DNA of 64,000 nt from Candidatus Wolframiiraptor gerlachensis (GCA_021323375.2 JAJPCT020000025.1:1-64000), one strand, 5' to 3'; positions 39,143-49,479 are shown, counted from the first letter of the stretch. Program-made: numbers and translations. The notes: generated from the sequence alone by a model not told the origin.

Positions 39143-39646
39143 TCAGCGCGGATTCATAGGGCCCCCATTCTTGAAAATCCAGTTATTGACACCGCTTATC
39201 AGCACAGGCTCGATTTCGAAAACCTCCAACACCTCCTCCCTCCGAAAAGCCCTCAGATAATGCCCTGGATCCTTCAATATCAGAACCTGCTGATACTCCA
39301 CCTCATGCACATGCGTCAACGGATGGTCCTCAGCCGATACCACACCCAGAGTCAAGTGCTCTATATCTGATAAGCTGATCGAGCCTCTCATCCCACGACG
39401 CTTCCACTCCTCGACACAGGCATTGAAGTAGTCAATGAAATCCCTGAGATAGGGCCTGCCATAATTATAGTACATGAGGACTATCGGGTGGTTGAACCAG
39501 CCGCGCCTCACATCCCTTATCAAGCCCATCTTGCGGAGAATAGCCATTATAACCTGCTTCGCCTCCATCCTCTGCTTTCTCAGCCGCCTATCATCCAATA
39601 CTCGCGAAGACATGCGCCAGTCCACGTAGGGTCTGAAAACCCGCAT
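39143..39646 (-). CDS. pyrimidine dimer DNA glycosylase / T4 endonuclease V-like protein
   Basis: MRVFRPY...LDDRRLRKQRMEAKQ, GWFNHPIVLMY, EEWKRRG. Confidence 0.82.
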   Translation of the reverse strand: MRVFRPYVDWRMSSRVLDDRRLRKQRMEAKQVIMAILRKMGLIRDVRRGWFNHPIVLMYYNYGRPYLRDFIDYFNACVEEWKRRGMRGSISLSDIEHLTLGVVSAEDHPLTHVHEVEYQQVLILKDPGHYLRAFRREEVLEVFEIEPVLISGVNNWIFKNGGPMNPR

Positions 39647-39857
39647 ACCCCAAGCTGAGGAAAACCAGCGCATCAAAAATCTTCAAGCAAGTCCGTAGCC
39701 GCCTGTGATGAGGCCTCTGCAGCACCTAAGAGGTTGAGCCCTACAAATTTCTTAGGCAGACCTCAACCCAAGCCTTAAAAGCCTCAAAAACCCTAGGAGC
39801 GGAACACAAGTTTGAGATTAAAATATCTGGTGTGGGAGAATTAGTTTCTGGGAGGGT

Positions 39858-39965
39858 GCGGGGGTAGCCAAGCCTGGTCAACGGCGGCGGGCTCAAGATC
39901 CCCTTGCAAGATGGGTGACCCGCTCCCGCAGGGGTTCGTGGGTTCGAATCCCACCCCCCGCACCA
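39858..39965 (+). tRNA. tRNA-Leu(CAA) with 20-nt intron (39898-39917), CCA encoded
   Basis: Cloverleaf with variable arm and canonical BHB: CTCA/TGGG helix with AGA and TGA bulges. Confidence 0.96.
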
Positions 39966-39996
39966 CCTCTGAGCAATTATGCTGGATGACATGTCC

Positions 39997-40518
39997 TCAT
40001 CGGCTTTTCAGCGCCTCGAGTATCCGTGCATGCCTTTTCTCATCCTCCGCCATCCACTCTATGATCATCTTGAGGCAGTTTGCCTCAGGCCTAGCCTCCA
40101 ATAGCATCTTTATTGCCTCCGCCTGGAGCATCATCAAATACTCCTCCATGACGGCGCTCTCCAAGTCTGCCAGCGACTCTATCATGGATGCCAGCTCCTC
40201 TCTCGTGAGCCTGCTGGTCTGAGCAAGTTCGCGATCCACGCCCCGCATCGTTGTGGCCCAGAGCTCTCCAGCAACCCGCCTACACTCCTCCAGGTCCATC
40301 GCCCCCGCGCCTAGGGCCGCGGCCATGCTCTTTAGCGCATCTGCATGTTTCCACGAGTCATCCGCTATATAGCCCAGCACGGCCTTCAGGATGGAGTCCC
40401 CAGCCCTCTCCGCCATGTGCTTATAGGCCTCCGCCACCCGCTCCTCCAAAACCCCACAGCAATAAATCAGCTTGAGAAGCTCATCCCCGCTGATGCCGCT
40501 CATGGAAACTAACCCCAT
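39997..40518 (-). CDS. ferritin-like (rubrerythrin-fold) protein
   Basis: LEE..AEAY...IADDSWKHA and LE..EEY...EDEKRHA di-iron motifs. Confidence 0.8.
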   Translation of the reverse strand: MGLVSMSGISGDELLKLIYCCGVLEERVAEAYKHMAERAGDSILKAVLGYIADDSWKHADALKSMAAALGAGAMDLEECRRVAGELWATTMRGVDRELAQTSRLTREELASMIESLADLESAVMEEYLMMLQAEAIKMLLEARPEANCLKMIIEWMAEDEKRHARILEALKSR

Positions 40519-40596
40519 CGCATGGGTAATAAAGTTTCCACGCTGTGCAATAACACATTTATTTCGGGGCGGCGGCGTTACCTCCGAGGCTTGTCC

Positions 40597-41076
40597 ATGT
40601 CTTCAATGGAGAATCTCTTAGAATTCATCCGCGAACAGATCAAGGTTGAGAGGGAGATCGTCAGATCCTTAGAGGAGTCTCTCCCCCGCATCGGCAGCCC
40701 GGCCATCAACACAGTCTTGAAGGGAATATCACATGACTCGATGAAGCATGCGGAGATGTATGAGGCGGTTGAGATGATGTTAACGAAGACCCGTCCACCC
40801 CTAAGCCACGAGACACTACATGAGCAGAGGGAGCTTATCGAGAGGCATATCGAGTATGAGTCTAGGCTGATAAGGAGGGTCGAGGAGATTCTGCCGGAGA
40901 TCGAAGACGAGAAGATTAAGCTTGTCCTAAACGCGATCCTAGCGGATGAGAGGAGGCATCACGAGCTACTGAAGAGGATCCTAGATGTGATAATCAGGGC
41001 TGAGGCTATGACATATGAGGATGAATGGGACATGATATGGAGGGATGTGCCCTTCCACGGCTCTCCAGGCGGATGA
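40597..41076 (+). CDS. ferritin-like protein
   Basis: GISHDSMKHA and ILADERRHH motifs. Confidence 0.82.
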   Translation: MSSMENLLEFIREQIKVEREIVRSLEESLPRIGSPAINTVLKGISHDSMKHAEMYEAVEMMLTKTRPPLSHETLHEQRELIERHIEYESRLIRRVEEILPEIEDEKIKLVLNAILADERRHHELLKRILDVIIRAEAMTYEDEWDMIWRDVPFHGSPGG

Positions 41077-41138
41077 CCCATCACTACCTTTTATATTTTT
41101 ATCTTTATTTATCTTTTTTACTTCAGGGCTCTATGCGT

Positions 41139-41555
41139 TTAGAGTCTTTTAAGGCTTGGAAGCATTATCACTAGCCCGATGATTATTAGGACTATTGCTA
41201 GGGCTGCCTGGATGGCGTGGATTATGCCGACCGGGTGGAGGATCCAAGAGATTGTCAGGGCTGTAGCTGAGCCGAGCATGGCCGCGCCTATGATCACGAG
41301 GATGAGGCCCACTATCAGGCTCGCGTGCCGCGAGATGTCGAAGCTCGCTATCGGTGGCTTCTCCTCGCCTGCCCTTGGCATTAACAGGACACCAAGAACG
41401 TAGAATATTATCATGAGCACAGGTGAGAGTATGAGGAGGATCACGGCGACAATCCTGAGAAGTGTTGCATCAACCCCGAGATACTCCCCAAGCCCGCCTA
41501 TAACCCCCGCGAGGACTTTATTCCTCGCCGACCTCTCAAGCCTCTTCGACGACAT
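41139..41555 (-). CDS. PspC domain membrane protein
   Basis: RLERSARNKVLAGVIGGLGEYLGVDATLLRI. Confidence 0.9.
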   Translation of the reverse strand: MSSKRLERSARNKVLAGVIGGLGEYLGVDATLLRIVAVILLILSPVLMIIFYVLGVLLMPRAGEEKPPIASFDISRHASLIVGLILVIIGAAMLGSATALTISWILHPVGIIHAIQAALAIVLIIIGLVIMLPSLKRL

Positions 41556-41681
41556 GACTCAGCATTTATGTGTTTCATGGGTTATAAAGGCTTTCTAAAG
41601 CCGCGTGCGATCCGCATTGAGCCTGCAAGCCTAGTTGGGGATTCTCTAGAGCCAGTAAATCGTTATTAGGATTCCCGGCGA

Positions 41682-44600
41682 ATGCCCATTAGGTGGATGA
41701 AGACGGCCAAGATCCTCGAAAGGCTTGGATACGACTACTTCTCCTTCGAGATCCCGCCTGAGCTCCCCGAGATCTCCAATATCAGGTTCGGTGACCTCAT
41801 CCCTGAGCTTGAGAGGTCGGGTTCTCCCCTATGTAGGAGGATTGCTAGTCAGAGGCTCTACACACATCAGGTTAAGGCGATGGAGGCTCTTAGGAGGGGT
41901 GAGAACCTCGTCCTCAAGTCTGGCACGGGCTCCGGGAAGACCGAAGCATGGTTTCTGAGAGTGGCCTTAGATGGCGTGGGCGCCCTTGCAGTCTATCCAA
42001 CCCTAGCGCTTGCAAACGACCAACTTAATAGACTGCGGGAATATGGCTCTGCACTCGGCTTCAAGGTAATGGCCCTAGATGCCGTGAAGCGTGATGAGCT
42101 CGTGAAGAGCATCGGGTATCGTGGGCTTAGGAGGGAGATCGCCGAGTCGAGGATCGTAATAACAAACCCCGCATTCCTCCTTAATGAGCTCAAGAAGATG
42201 GGCGCCGGAAAAGCCTCACTACTGAGACCATTCCTCGAGAAGGCTGGGATGATCGTCATAGACGACTTCGACTTCTACGGCCCGAGATCGATTGCGCTGC
42301 TATTCAGCATGATTAGGCTCCTCCTCAGGCTCACGAACCCGAGCATCCAGCTCGCCTTCATGACAGCGGCCCTCGCAAATCCGGAGGAAGTCGCCGAATA
42401 CCTCACATCAATAAATGGCAGGAAGACAGTCATAGTTGATGGTAAGTCCTTTCATCCGAGAAACCTCGTCTATATCGTGTTGGGGAAAAGCCTTACAGCT
42501 GTCTGGGATAGGGTTAGAGCCGCGCTCGCCGACAAGATGGAGATGCTCGGCGAAGATGTTAGAAGAGCGCTCAGCGACTTCCAGCAGTTCAAGAAATACT
42601 ACTTCAGAGTCTTGGATGCGGCTCGGGGGCTCGGTGTCGAGATCCCAGACGTGTCTCTCGATATCGCAGAGATCCTCGAGCATTATCTGGATGATGATGG
42701 GGTTACGATAGTCTTCACGAGGAATATCGCGAGAGCCGAGGAGGTTGCTAGGAGGGTGAGGCTCAGGGCTGGCGAGGGCGCGGGAATAGCCTCCCATCAC
42801 CATCTCCTCTCCAAGAGGTTTAGGGAGGAGGTTGAGGAGAGCGCGAGAGCTGGGAGGATAAAGGTCATAGTCTCGCCTAGGACCCTTAGCCAGGGAATAG
42901 ACATAGGTCTTGTTAAAAGGATCGTCCATGTCGGGCTCCCTGACTCCCTCAGGGAGTTCAAGCAGCGTGAGGGGAGAAAGGGCAGGAGGCCGGAGATAGA
43001 GGAGACGGAGACCGTGATAATCCCGCAGGGAGCATGGGATCATGAGCTCCTTTCAAGAGGCGTTGAAGCCCTCAGGAAGTGGATGGAACTTCCACAAGAG
43101 AAGGTGATGGTCAACAGGGACAACCTATATGGCAAGTTCTTTGAAGCATTATTCAAGTATGTCTCACCATCACTCAGGCAGGAGCTCACGCAGGATGAAT
43201 TGAGGCTTCTCAGGGAGCTCGGCCTTGAATCCGATGGGGAGCTGACTAGAAGGGGCAAGATGACCTGGCTCAAGATGAACTTCTACGAGTTCGCCCCCGC
43301 CTATGGGATAAAGCGGATAAGGGTCTCGAGGCTCGGCGACCAAGAGTATCTCGAGGATATCTCGCACGTTGATCTAGTTGAGAAGTTCCAGATAGGATGC
43401 ATAGATTATAGCAGTGATGGAGTTGTCGTGGAGCATAAACTTGGTGGGAGGAGCTCGAGGACTGTTACAGCGGTCTATGTGGAGGACCTTAGCGAGGGGG
43501 TTTTAAGGAGGCATGACGCACTCGCCCAAGTTCTCGAGGAGTATGAGAAGGCGAAATGGAGGTGGGGGGAGAGACCCGATCTCAGGAGAGACTACTTCGC
43601 CGGCAAGATCCACACGGATGTTAGGTGCGTCGTTCATGCCCCGAGCAACGGCTTCGGCCTATACACAAAGATACCGAATAGGGTGATCTGGAGGATAATT
43701 TCGGACAAAAGGCTTATCAAGGTCATAGGGGAGAGAACCATCACGATCAGAGAGAGCAGGACAATCGAAGTCCCGGCGCCGACGAATGGTATCTACACAG
43801 ACTACACTTATGGGATAAGCTTCGAGGTCAGCCCGGAGGAGGATCCACAGCTCCTCAGACTTGGCCTCGCATTCCTCATCATAGCTCTCAGGAGAATCCT
43901 CGGAATAGCCTTTGACACAATAAAATATGATATTATGATCATGGGTGAGAGGAAAGTTGTTGGGATGCATGAGACCGAGAGCGCCGGGCTTCTCTCAAGG
44001 ATAAACTGGCAGGACCTCGCGGAGAAGATCAGAGAATATGAGCCGGATGAGCTTGACGAGGTCTTCTTGGAAGAGGTTGATGAGCTCGCCTACTCGAGCT
44101 TCATTACGCTAAAACTTGACTGGGATCTAGTCAAGAGACAGACACTAAAAATCTTGGATTATCTCCTCCTGCGGGAGAGGCTGAGGATAGAGCTTGCTGG
44201 CAGGAGCATCACGATCCCGAAGCCCTCGAGGGCGCTGAGGCTTGCATCCATCGCCGCGGTATCCATACTTCTCAGAGAGGATTTGAGGAGCGGCCTTTAC
44301 GGGGTCGCGATATTTGATGGCGAGGAGGCCCTAACATCCGCCGGGTTCTACGAGCTCGGCGCGCCGGACAAGTCGCATTCAAGCCTCCTAACATATCTCA
44401 ACTCACTCATAGATCAGGGCTTCAGTATCATAGTCTATGACTTGAAGGCTGTTAGCAGGGCGCTCGAGGAAGCCGGCCTAGCCTCCCTCAAGATTATACT
44501 GGAAGGCCTTCGAGCATCGAATAAGATGATAGAGGCTGGGAGGGAGCTCATGGAGGCTCTTGGAGAGCCGGTATCGCTGGAGCTCTTTGAGGAGCTCATG

Positions 44601-44798
44601 GGCCTCGAGAAGGAGGTTAGGCTCCAAGACCTAATCTACGCGGCTGAGGAGGAGAAGAGGAGGATCCCGAAGATCTCGTTCTTGAGAAGTGTTCCTAGGA
44701 GGCTTGCTCAGAGGCTTACTGAACTTCTAGAGACCGAGGCTAGGAGTGCGTATCTGGCACATCTGGTCGCGGGGGAGCTTTGCGGCACAGGATCCTAG
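41682..44798 (+). CDS. SF2 DEAD/DEAH-box helicase (Hrq1/SftH/MrfA-like) with long C-terminal extension
   Basis: LYTHQ, SGTGSGKTE, YPTLALANDQ, TNP, DDFD Walker B, QGIDIG, QREGRKGR. Confidence 0.85.
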   Translation: MPIRWMKTAKILERLGYDYFSFEIPPELPEISNIRFGDLIPELERSGSPLCRRIASQRLYTHQVKAMEALRRGENLVLKSGTGSGKTEAWFLRVALDGVGALAVYPTLALANDQLNRLREYGSALGFKVMALDAVKRDELVKSIGYRGLRREIAESRIVITNPAFLLNELKKMGAGKASLLRPFLEKAGMIVIDDFDFYGPRSIALLFSMIRLLLRLTNPSIQLAFMTAALANPEEVAEYLTSINGRKTVIVDGKSFHPRNLVYIVLGKSLTAVWDRVRAALADKMEMLGEDVRRALSDFQQFKKYYFRVLDAARGLGVEIPDVSLDIAEILEHYLDDDGVTIVFTRNIARAEEVARRVRLRAGEGAGIASHHHLLSKRFREEVEESARAGRIKVIVSPRTLSQGIDIGLVKRIVHVGLPDSLREFKQREGRKGRRPEIEETETVIIPQGAWDHELLSRGVEALRKWMELPQEKVMVNRDNLYGKFFEALFKYVSPSLRQELTQDELRLLRELGLESDGELTRRGKMTWLKMNFYEFAPAYGIKRIRVSRLGDQEYLEDISHVDLVEKFQIGCIDYSSDGVVVEHKLGGRSSRTVTAVYVEDLSEGVLRRHDALAQVLEEYEKAKWRWGERPDLRRDYFAGKIHTDVRCVVHAPSNGFGLYTKIPNRVIWRIISDKRLIKVIGERTITIRESRTIEVPAPTNGIYTDYTYGISFEVSPEEDPQLLRLGLAFLIIALRRILGIAFDTIKYDIMIMGERKVVGMHETESAGLLSRINWQDLAEKIREYEPDELDEVFLEEVDELAYSSFITLKLDWDLVKRQTLKILDYLLLRERLRIELAGRSITIPKPSRALRLASIAAVSILLREDLRSGLYGVAIFDGEEALTSAGFYELGAPDKSHSSLLTYLNSLIDQGFSIIVYDLKAVSRALEEAGLASLKIILEGLRASNKMIEAGRELMEALGEPVSLELFEELMGLEKEVRLQDLIYAAEEEKRRIPKISFLRSVPRRLAQRLTELLETEARSAYLAHLVAGELCGTGS

Positions 44799-47656
44799 CG
44801 GCCCACCTCGAGCCTCCTCTGGAGCGCCTTTTTCTCCGCCTCTATCAGGAGCTCTATCAGCCTCATGGACTCACCGCGCTCTTCCTCCAGTATCCTCGTT
44901 ATCTCCTTGAGTGTTAGGCCTCGTGCTGAGAGAGCTATTGCCGCCGTTCTACCATACTTGGAGATTAGGACCGCGTTCCTCTTCAACTCGGCCATTATCC
45001 TCCGCTCCTTCCTGTTTATCGGCCTACCTCTTCTCGCGATAAGGCCCAAGACCTCCTCCCTCGAGTGCTTTGTCAGCCCGATGAGCTTCGATCCACAGAC
45101 CGGGCACTTAGGCTCCTCTGGAAGCTCCTTAACCGCCAACTGTTCATAATATTCATAACATTCTGTGCAGACCGCGAGCCATTGCTCGCCGAAGAGCCTT
45201 CCCCGAACCGCCATCAGGACAACCCTCTTCATCCGCTCCGGCGTCGAGACCTCTCCTTCGTTCTCAAACCTGCTAAGAGTAAGCTTTGCCAGAGGCGATG
45301 GATCCCCGCTCGGCGACCTCCAGAAGTACACGTTAAGCCCGCCCTCGATAATCTGCCTGAGGATCATCCTCGCCCTCTCCGGATCATAATCGTGGAAGAT
45401 TGTGTAGTTCATGGTCTCCCGATATACCGGAGTATCCTTGAGGGCCTCGGCGAGCTGATTGAGGTTCAGATCCACTAGGCTCGCCTCATGCTCTATCACG
45501 CCCATCTTCCTCGCCACGTGGACGAGCCTCCGCTTGAAGAGCGTGGACCCCTCTATGCTCCTCCTCAAAATCTCATCGAAGTTCTCCAAGACCTCTCGCA
45601 TCGCCTTGAAGACGGCATCCCCGGAGATCAGTCTGGATCTGAGCGCTATCCTGTATGGATCCTGCTGAGCCCTGATCGGCGCCCCAAGCTTCTCGGAGAG
45701 ATGGTGGCTTATCAGCCTCTGGTTTGTCCGATTCACCTTGAGCCCGCCATGTATGTGGAGGATCACGTATTCACCGGCCTCCTCTATTACTATGTCGCGG
45801 TCTGTTGGCACGGGTATCCCGCGTCTCAGATGGGCCTCCACCTCCCTCAAAGCCTTGAGAACGATCTGCGCATCCACGCCATATCTCCCCGCAATATCCC
45901 TTGCGATGAGATCCCTCGGCTCTCCGGCGAGGACCCTATCCCGATACTCCCTCCTCAGGGCGCCGACCTCCATCGCCACTTCATAGGGGACTGGTATCTC
46001 CTCTCCAACCCAGCTCGGGATCGCGCCCTCATAATCCTCAAGCGGCGCGACATAGATCCTATCTCCGCTAACATGATGAATCTCCCAGGCCCTCCCCATC
46101 AGGATGAACCTCGTGCCAGGCTCACCATACTCCGCAACAAACTCCTCATCAAGTATTCCAACAGGCTCCCCACTCGACTCATCTATCACAACATATTGCC
46201 TCTCCTCCGGGATCATCGAGAGATTGTTAAAGTAGTAGTCGTAGAAGGCTCGGCTATTCCTCGGTTTAGCCACCTGATCATCTCTTAGATCCGCTATCCC
46301 GAGGCTTCTCATGTGCTCAATGACCTGTCTCAGCTCCTCGAGCTTCAAATCCCTGTAATTGTAGGCTCTCCCGACTATCTCGAGGATCTCTGAGATCCCG
46401 ATCCTGCCATATTCTATGAGGAGTCCTGCTATCTGGTGCATTAGCGCATCATAGCATTTCATGGGTATCTCGGGCTTCTCGAGGAGCTCGAGCATCGCCC
46501 TCCTCGCTATCACCATGGCCTCAAGCGCATCGTCAGAATCTATGGCTATCACCACGCCCTTCGCAGTCCTCCCCACTCCATGGCCACTCCTCCCAACCCT
46601 CTGAATCAGCCGCGTAACCTCCCTAGGCGAATTATACTGAATCACGAGATCTATTCTCCCCACATCTATGCCGAGCTCCAAGGATGATGTGCAGACTATG
46701 CCGGCAAGCTTCCCCGTCTTCAAAGCCTCCTCCGTTAAGATCCTCGTCGTCTTCGACAACGAGCCATGATGTATCCCTATGCGCACCTGCTCATCCCAGA
46801 CCCTGAACCTGTTCGTCAGTATCTCGGCGAGCGGCCTCGTATTCGTGAAAATCAGGGTTGAGTTATGGGACTCGACAAGCTCCCTGATCACCCGCAGCCT
46901 CGCGGCCACATCCGGGTAGACCCCTATGCTCTCGGCGAGGACAACATCCTCCTCATCTGGGTCGGGGTAGAGGACTGTTATGCTCATGCTCCTCGCTACC
47001 GGCACCTTGACTATCTCGCAGCTCCTGCCAACACCGGCCAAGAACTCCGCAATGGATTCCGGCTCACCTATCGTCGCGGATAATCCTATCCTCTGAAAAT
47101 CCCTCTCCGTGATTCTCGTCAGCCTCTCGAGGCCGACGGAGAGCTGGGCGCCCCGTTTATCAGTCGCGAGCTCATGAATCTCATCTATTATGACCCATCG
47201 CACGTTCCTGAGATGGCCCCTCAGAACCCTGCCCGTTAAAATGACCTGAAGGGTCTCGGGTGTTGTTATCAGTATGTCGGGCGGCTCAAGCGTCTGGATC
47301 CTTCTCTCTCTCGGGCCTGTATCACCATGCCTGACAGCAGTCCTGAGATCAAGCCTTTGCGCCCACCACTCGATCCTCTCCAGTAGATCCCTGTTCAGGG
47401 CTCTGAGGGGCGTTATGTAGATGACCTTGATGCCGGGAGACCTCGCCTCCACTAAGAGCTTGCTGAGGATTGGGAGGAGGGCGGCCTCCGTCTTACCCGT
47501 CCCAGTCGGCGCCATGAGCAGAAGATTCCTGCCGGCTAGGATCTTGGGTATCGCCTCCCGCTGAGGCTCCGTGAGATGCTTAAACCTCTCCCTGAAGAGG
47601 GCCTCGACCGGCTTAGCCAGCATCCCGAGAACAGTCTCCTCATCGAGCAGTGACAT
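44795..47656 (-). CDS. lhr: Lhr-family ATP-dependent helicase
   Basis: APTGTGKTE, ITPLRALNRD, DEIHEL, SSLELGIDVG, QRVGRSGH, and a C-terminal Zn finger. Confidence 0.93.
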   Translation of the reverse strand: MSLLDEETVLGMLAKPVEALFRERFKHLTEPQREAIPKILAGRNLLLMAPTGTGKTEAALLPILSKLLVEARSPGIKVIYITPLRALNRDLLERIEWWAQRLDLRTAVRHGDTGPRERRIQTLEPPDILITTPETLQVILTGRVLRGHLRNVRWVIIDEIHELATDKRGAQLSVGLERLTRITERDFQRIGLSATIGEPESIAEFLAGVGRSCEIVKVPVARSMSITVLYPDPDEEDVVLAESIGVYPDVAARLRVIRELVESHNSTLIFTNTRPLAEILTNRFRVWDEQVRIGIHHGSLSKTTRILTEEALKTGKLAGIVCTSSLELGIDVGRIDLVIQYNSPREVTRLIQRVGRSGHGVGRTAKGVVIAIDSDDALEAMVIARRAMLELLEKPEIPMKCYDALMHQIAGLLIEYGRIGISEILEIVGRAYNYRDLKLEELRQVIEHMRSLGIADLRDDQVAKPRNSRAFYDYYFNNLSMIPEERQYVVIDESSGEPVGILDEEFVAEYGEPGTRFILMGRAWEIHHVSGDRIYVAPLEDYEGAIPSWVGEEIPVPYEVAMEVGALRREYRDRVLAGEPRDLIARDIAGRYGVDAQIVLKALREVEAHLRRGIPVPTDRDIVIEEAGEYVILHIHGGLKVNRTNQRLISHHLSEKLGAPIRAQQDPYRIALRSRLISGDAVFKAMREVLENFDEILRRSIEGSTLFKRRLVHVARKMGVIEHEASLVDLNLNQLAEALKDTPVYRETMNYTIFHDYDPERARMILRQIIEGGLNVYFWRSPSGDPSPLAKLTLSRFENEGEVSTPERMKRVVLMAVRGRLFGEQWLAVCTECYEYYEQLAVKELPEEPKCPVCGSKLIGLTKHSREEVLGLIARRGRPINRKERRIMAELKRNAVLISKYGRTAAIALSARGLTLKEITRILEEERGESMRLIELLIEAEKKALQRRLEVGR

Positions 47657-47791
47657 GATCCTCCAGCCTTTCCAGCAACCATGAATGATCAGATCCCGAG
47701 GAAATAAGTATGTATCGGCTTAATAGCCCGAGGCTGGAGAAGATGCCCATAGAACATGGCCCTCAAATCATGTTAAGAGAAAAAGAGGGGA

Positions 47792-48172
47792 TTATGTTTC
47801 GGCGCTCTGGCACGGGGCATGCAACCCCTCAGCGCGCTCGATATTCTTCAGGGCCGTGATTCCCGTCATGTAGCGGCTTATCATGAGGATCGTGGCCCAA
47901 GTTAGCGTGATCGCCGCCGTCATCGCGACGCCTATCGTGGCCATTTCATGAAGTATTATCTGGATGCCCGTGGAGCTCGTCATCGCGGTCAGGAATGGGG
48001 GCCATGGGACTATCTCTCCATGCCAGGCATGCTCGAGCGCCAGCAGAATCGACCCGCCCCAGAGAAGCGCGTTGAGAATCCAGAGCTTCAGCCTCTCTGC
48101 CAAGCCTCGAGCCGTCTTCTGCATGATCGAGGTTGTCACGGCGAGGATCATGGGGACTAGAAAGCACGCCAT
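47792..48172 (-). CDS. conserved-looking small membrane protein (MACFLVP...LWGG..LEH.WHGE..PWPPFLTAM)
   Basis: 3 TM helices and a GGAGG SD upstream of ATG 48172. Confidence 0.75.
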   Translation of the reverse strand: MACFLVPMILAVTTSIMQKTARGLAERLKLWILNALLWGGSILLALEHAWHGEIVPWPPFLTAMTSSTGIQIILHEMATIGVAMTAAITLTWATILMISRYMTGITALKNIERAEGLHAPCQSAET

Positions 48173-48188
48173 ATGCCTCTTCCTCCTT

Positions 48189-48217
48189 GTAACACTGTTG
48201 ACGCTATTCAGTAACAC
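48189..48217. promoter_or_regulatory. GTAACAC direct repeat, 22-bp period, in a divergent promoter
   Basis: GTAACAC at 48189-48195 and 48211-48217, next to TATA-like AATATAAG 48219-48226. Confidence 0.4.
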
Positions 48218-48274
48218 CAATATAAGCCTTTCCAGCAAGACTTATCCCAAAGCCAGCGCATCGCCATAGCCGCC

Positions 48275-48568
48275 ATGTGGCTCCTAATCCTAGCCTTCGC
48301 AGCCACCATCATCACCCCATTATGGTACTTGATGGCCGATAATGACCGGTACATGCTTAGGCTTCTCTGCCTCATCCTCTGGGGGGCCACGATAATGGCC
48401 CTTATAGACCGCGTGGTTGGATACATGATGGAGGGAGGCGAGTTCATAGAGCTGACGCCGGAGGCCGCGGCGCTGGGCCTCACCATGCTACTAGCAGCCC
48501 TGATAATATGGGAGATAACATTACTTGTAAGAGACCCGAGAGGCGTGCTGCGCAGGAGGCGCAAATAG
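48275..48568 (+). CDS. small membrane protein, LWGA motif similar to its divergent neighbour
   Basis: 3 TM helices with LILWGATIMALID. Confidence 0.72.
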   Translation: MWLLILAFAATIITPLWYLMADNDRYMLRLLCLILWGATIMALIDRVVGYMMEGGEFIELTPEAAALGLTMLLAALIIWEITLLVRDPRGVLRRRRK

Positions 48569-48600
48569 GAAAAGGAGGCATATTCGCAATGGATGCACTG

Positions 48601-49479
48601 CTATGCTTTCCCACCGAACTCCTCATATAATTTCTTCCTATTTGCCTCTAGGAGGTTCTCGTTAAGCCCCATGTAGGCGGCCGCCGTGCATATTCTCACG
48701 CCGCATACATCCGCCCAATCCATCACGGATCTCACCCTGCTTCTCCACTCCAGATCCCGAAGAAGATGATGGTCTAAGATCATTTCTTGGAGGAATCCTC
48801 TGCCGATTATCTCCGAGATGTTCCTTATTGACTCCCTGAGAACGTCATCCTTCAACCTGTATCCGAGCATGTATGTCATGGGCCCATCACAGATCAACAT
48901 GTCAGGCCTATTGTCGAGGATAAACTTCACCTGATCCTTGGAGACGAAGCCCTCTACATCCGATGAGTGTATAAGCTTCTCGCCGCGCTCCTCTATGAGG
49001 ACCTCAAGCACGTAGCCAAGCTTCGGATCATCCCCATGCTCGACCGGGTTGGAGAACCTGATCCTGCATCCACCGATCCTCAGCTCCCGGGAGTCCGCGA
49101 CCTCAACCCTCACATCGAGCTTTCTAAGCCTCTCGAGAAAGATCCGCGACCTAACCTTCTGGCTGAAGTTGATCATGTGCTCTGCATCCTTCAAGAGTAT
49201 TCTCTTGCCCCTCAGCCACCCGATATCCTCCCCCGGCCTCGGGAAATGATCATAATGATAATGCGTGATTATTATCAGGTCTGCCTCGGATGCTTCATGC
49301 TCTATAGCGCGTTTATGCTCCCTCAGCTTCTCAAGCTCTATCGGATGCGGCTTCAGCCCATATCGCCATGGCCCAAGAGCGGCTCCCGGATCGATAATGA
49401 TCCGCGCATCATCAGCCTCCACTAGCGTGCACATGCTTCGAGTTCCCATGCTATCGAATGCTAGGAATCTCACCCTCAT
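48601..49479 (-). CDS. metallo-beta-lactamase-fold hydrolase (UPF0282-like)
   Basis: DSMGTRSM, IDPG, THYHYDH, DHHLLRD. Confidence 0.88.
   Translation of the reverse strand: MRVRFLAFDSMGTRSMCTLVEADDARIIIDPGAALGPWRYGLKPHPIELEKLREHKRAIEHEASEADLIIITHYHYDHFPRPGEDIGWLRGKRILLKDAEHMINFSQKVRSRIFLERLRKLDVRVEVADSRELRIGGCRIRFSNPVEHGDDPKLGYVLEVLIEERGEKLIHSSDVEGFVSKDQVKFILDNRPDMLICDGPMTYMLGYRLKDDVLRESIRNISEIIGRGFLQEMILDHHLLRDLEWRSRVRSVMDWADVCGVRICTAAAYMGLNENLLEANRKKLYEEFGGKA

Noticed and set aside
39701-39757. Possible box C/D sRNA (GTGATGA ... CTTA with GCCT/AGGC ends)
   Set aside because: There is no canonical CTGA D box and I could not identify a target. It remains testable with snoscan.
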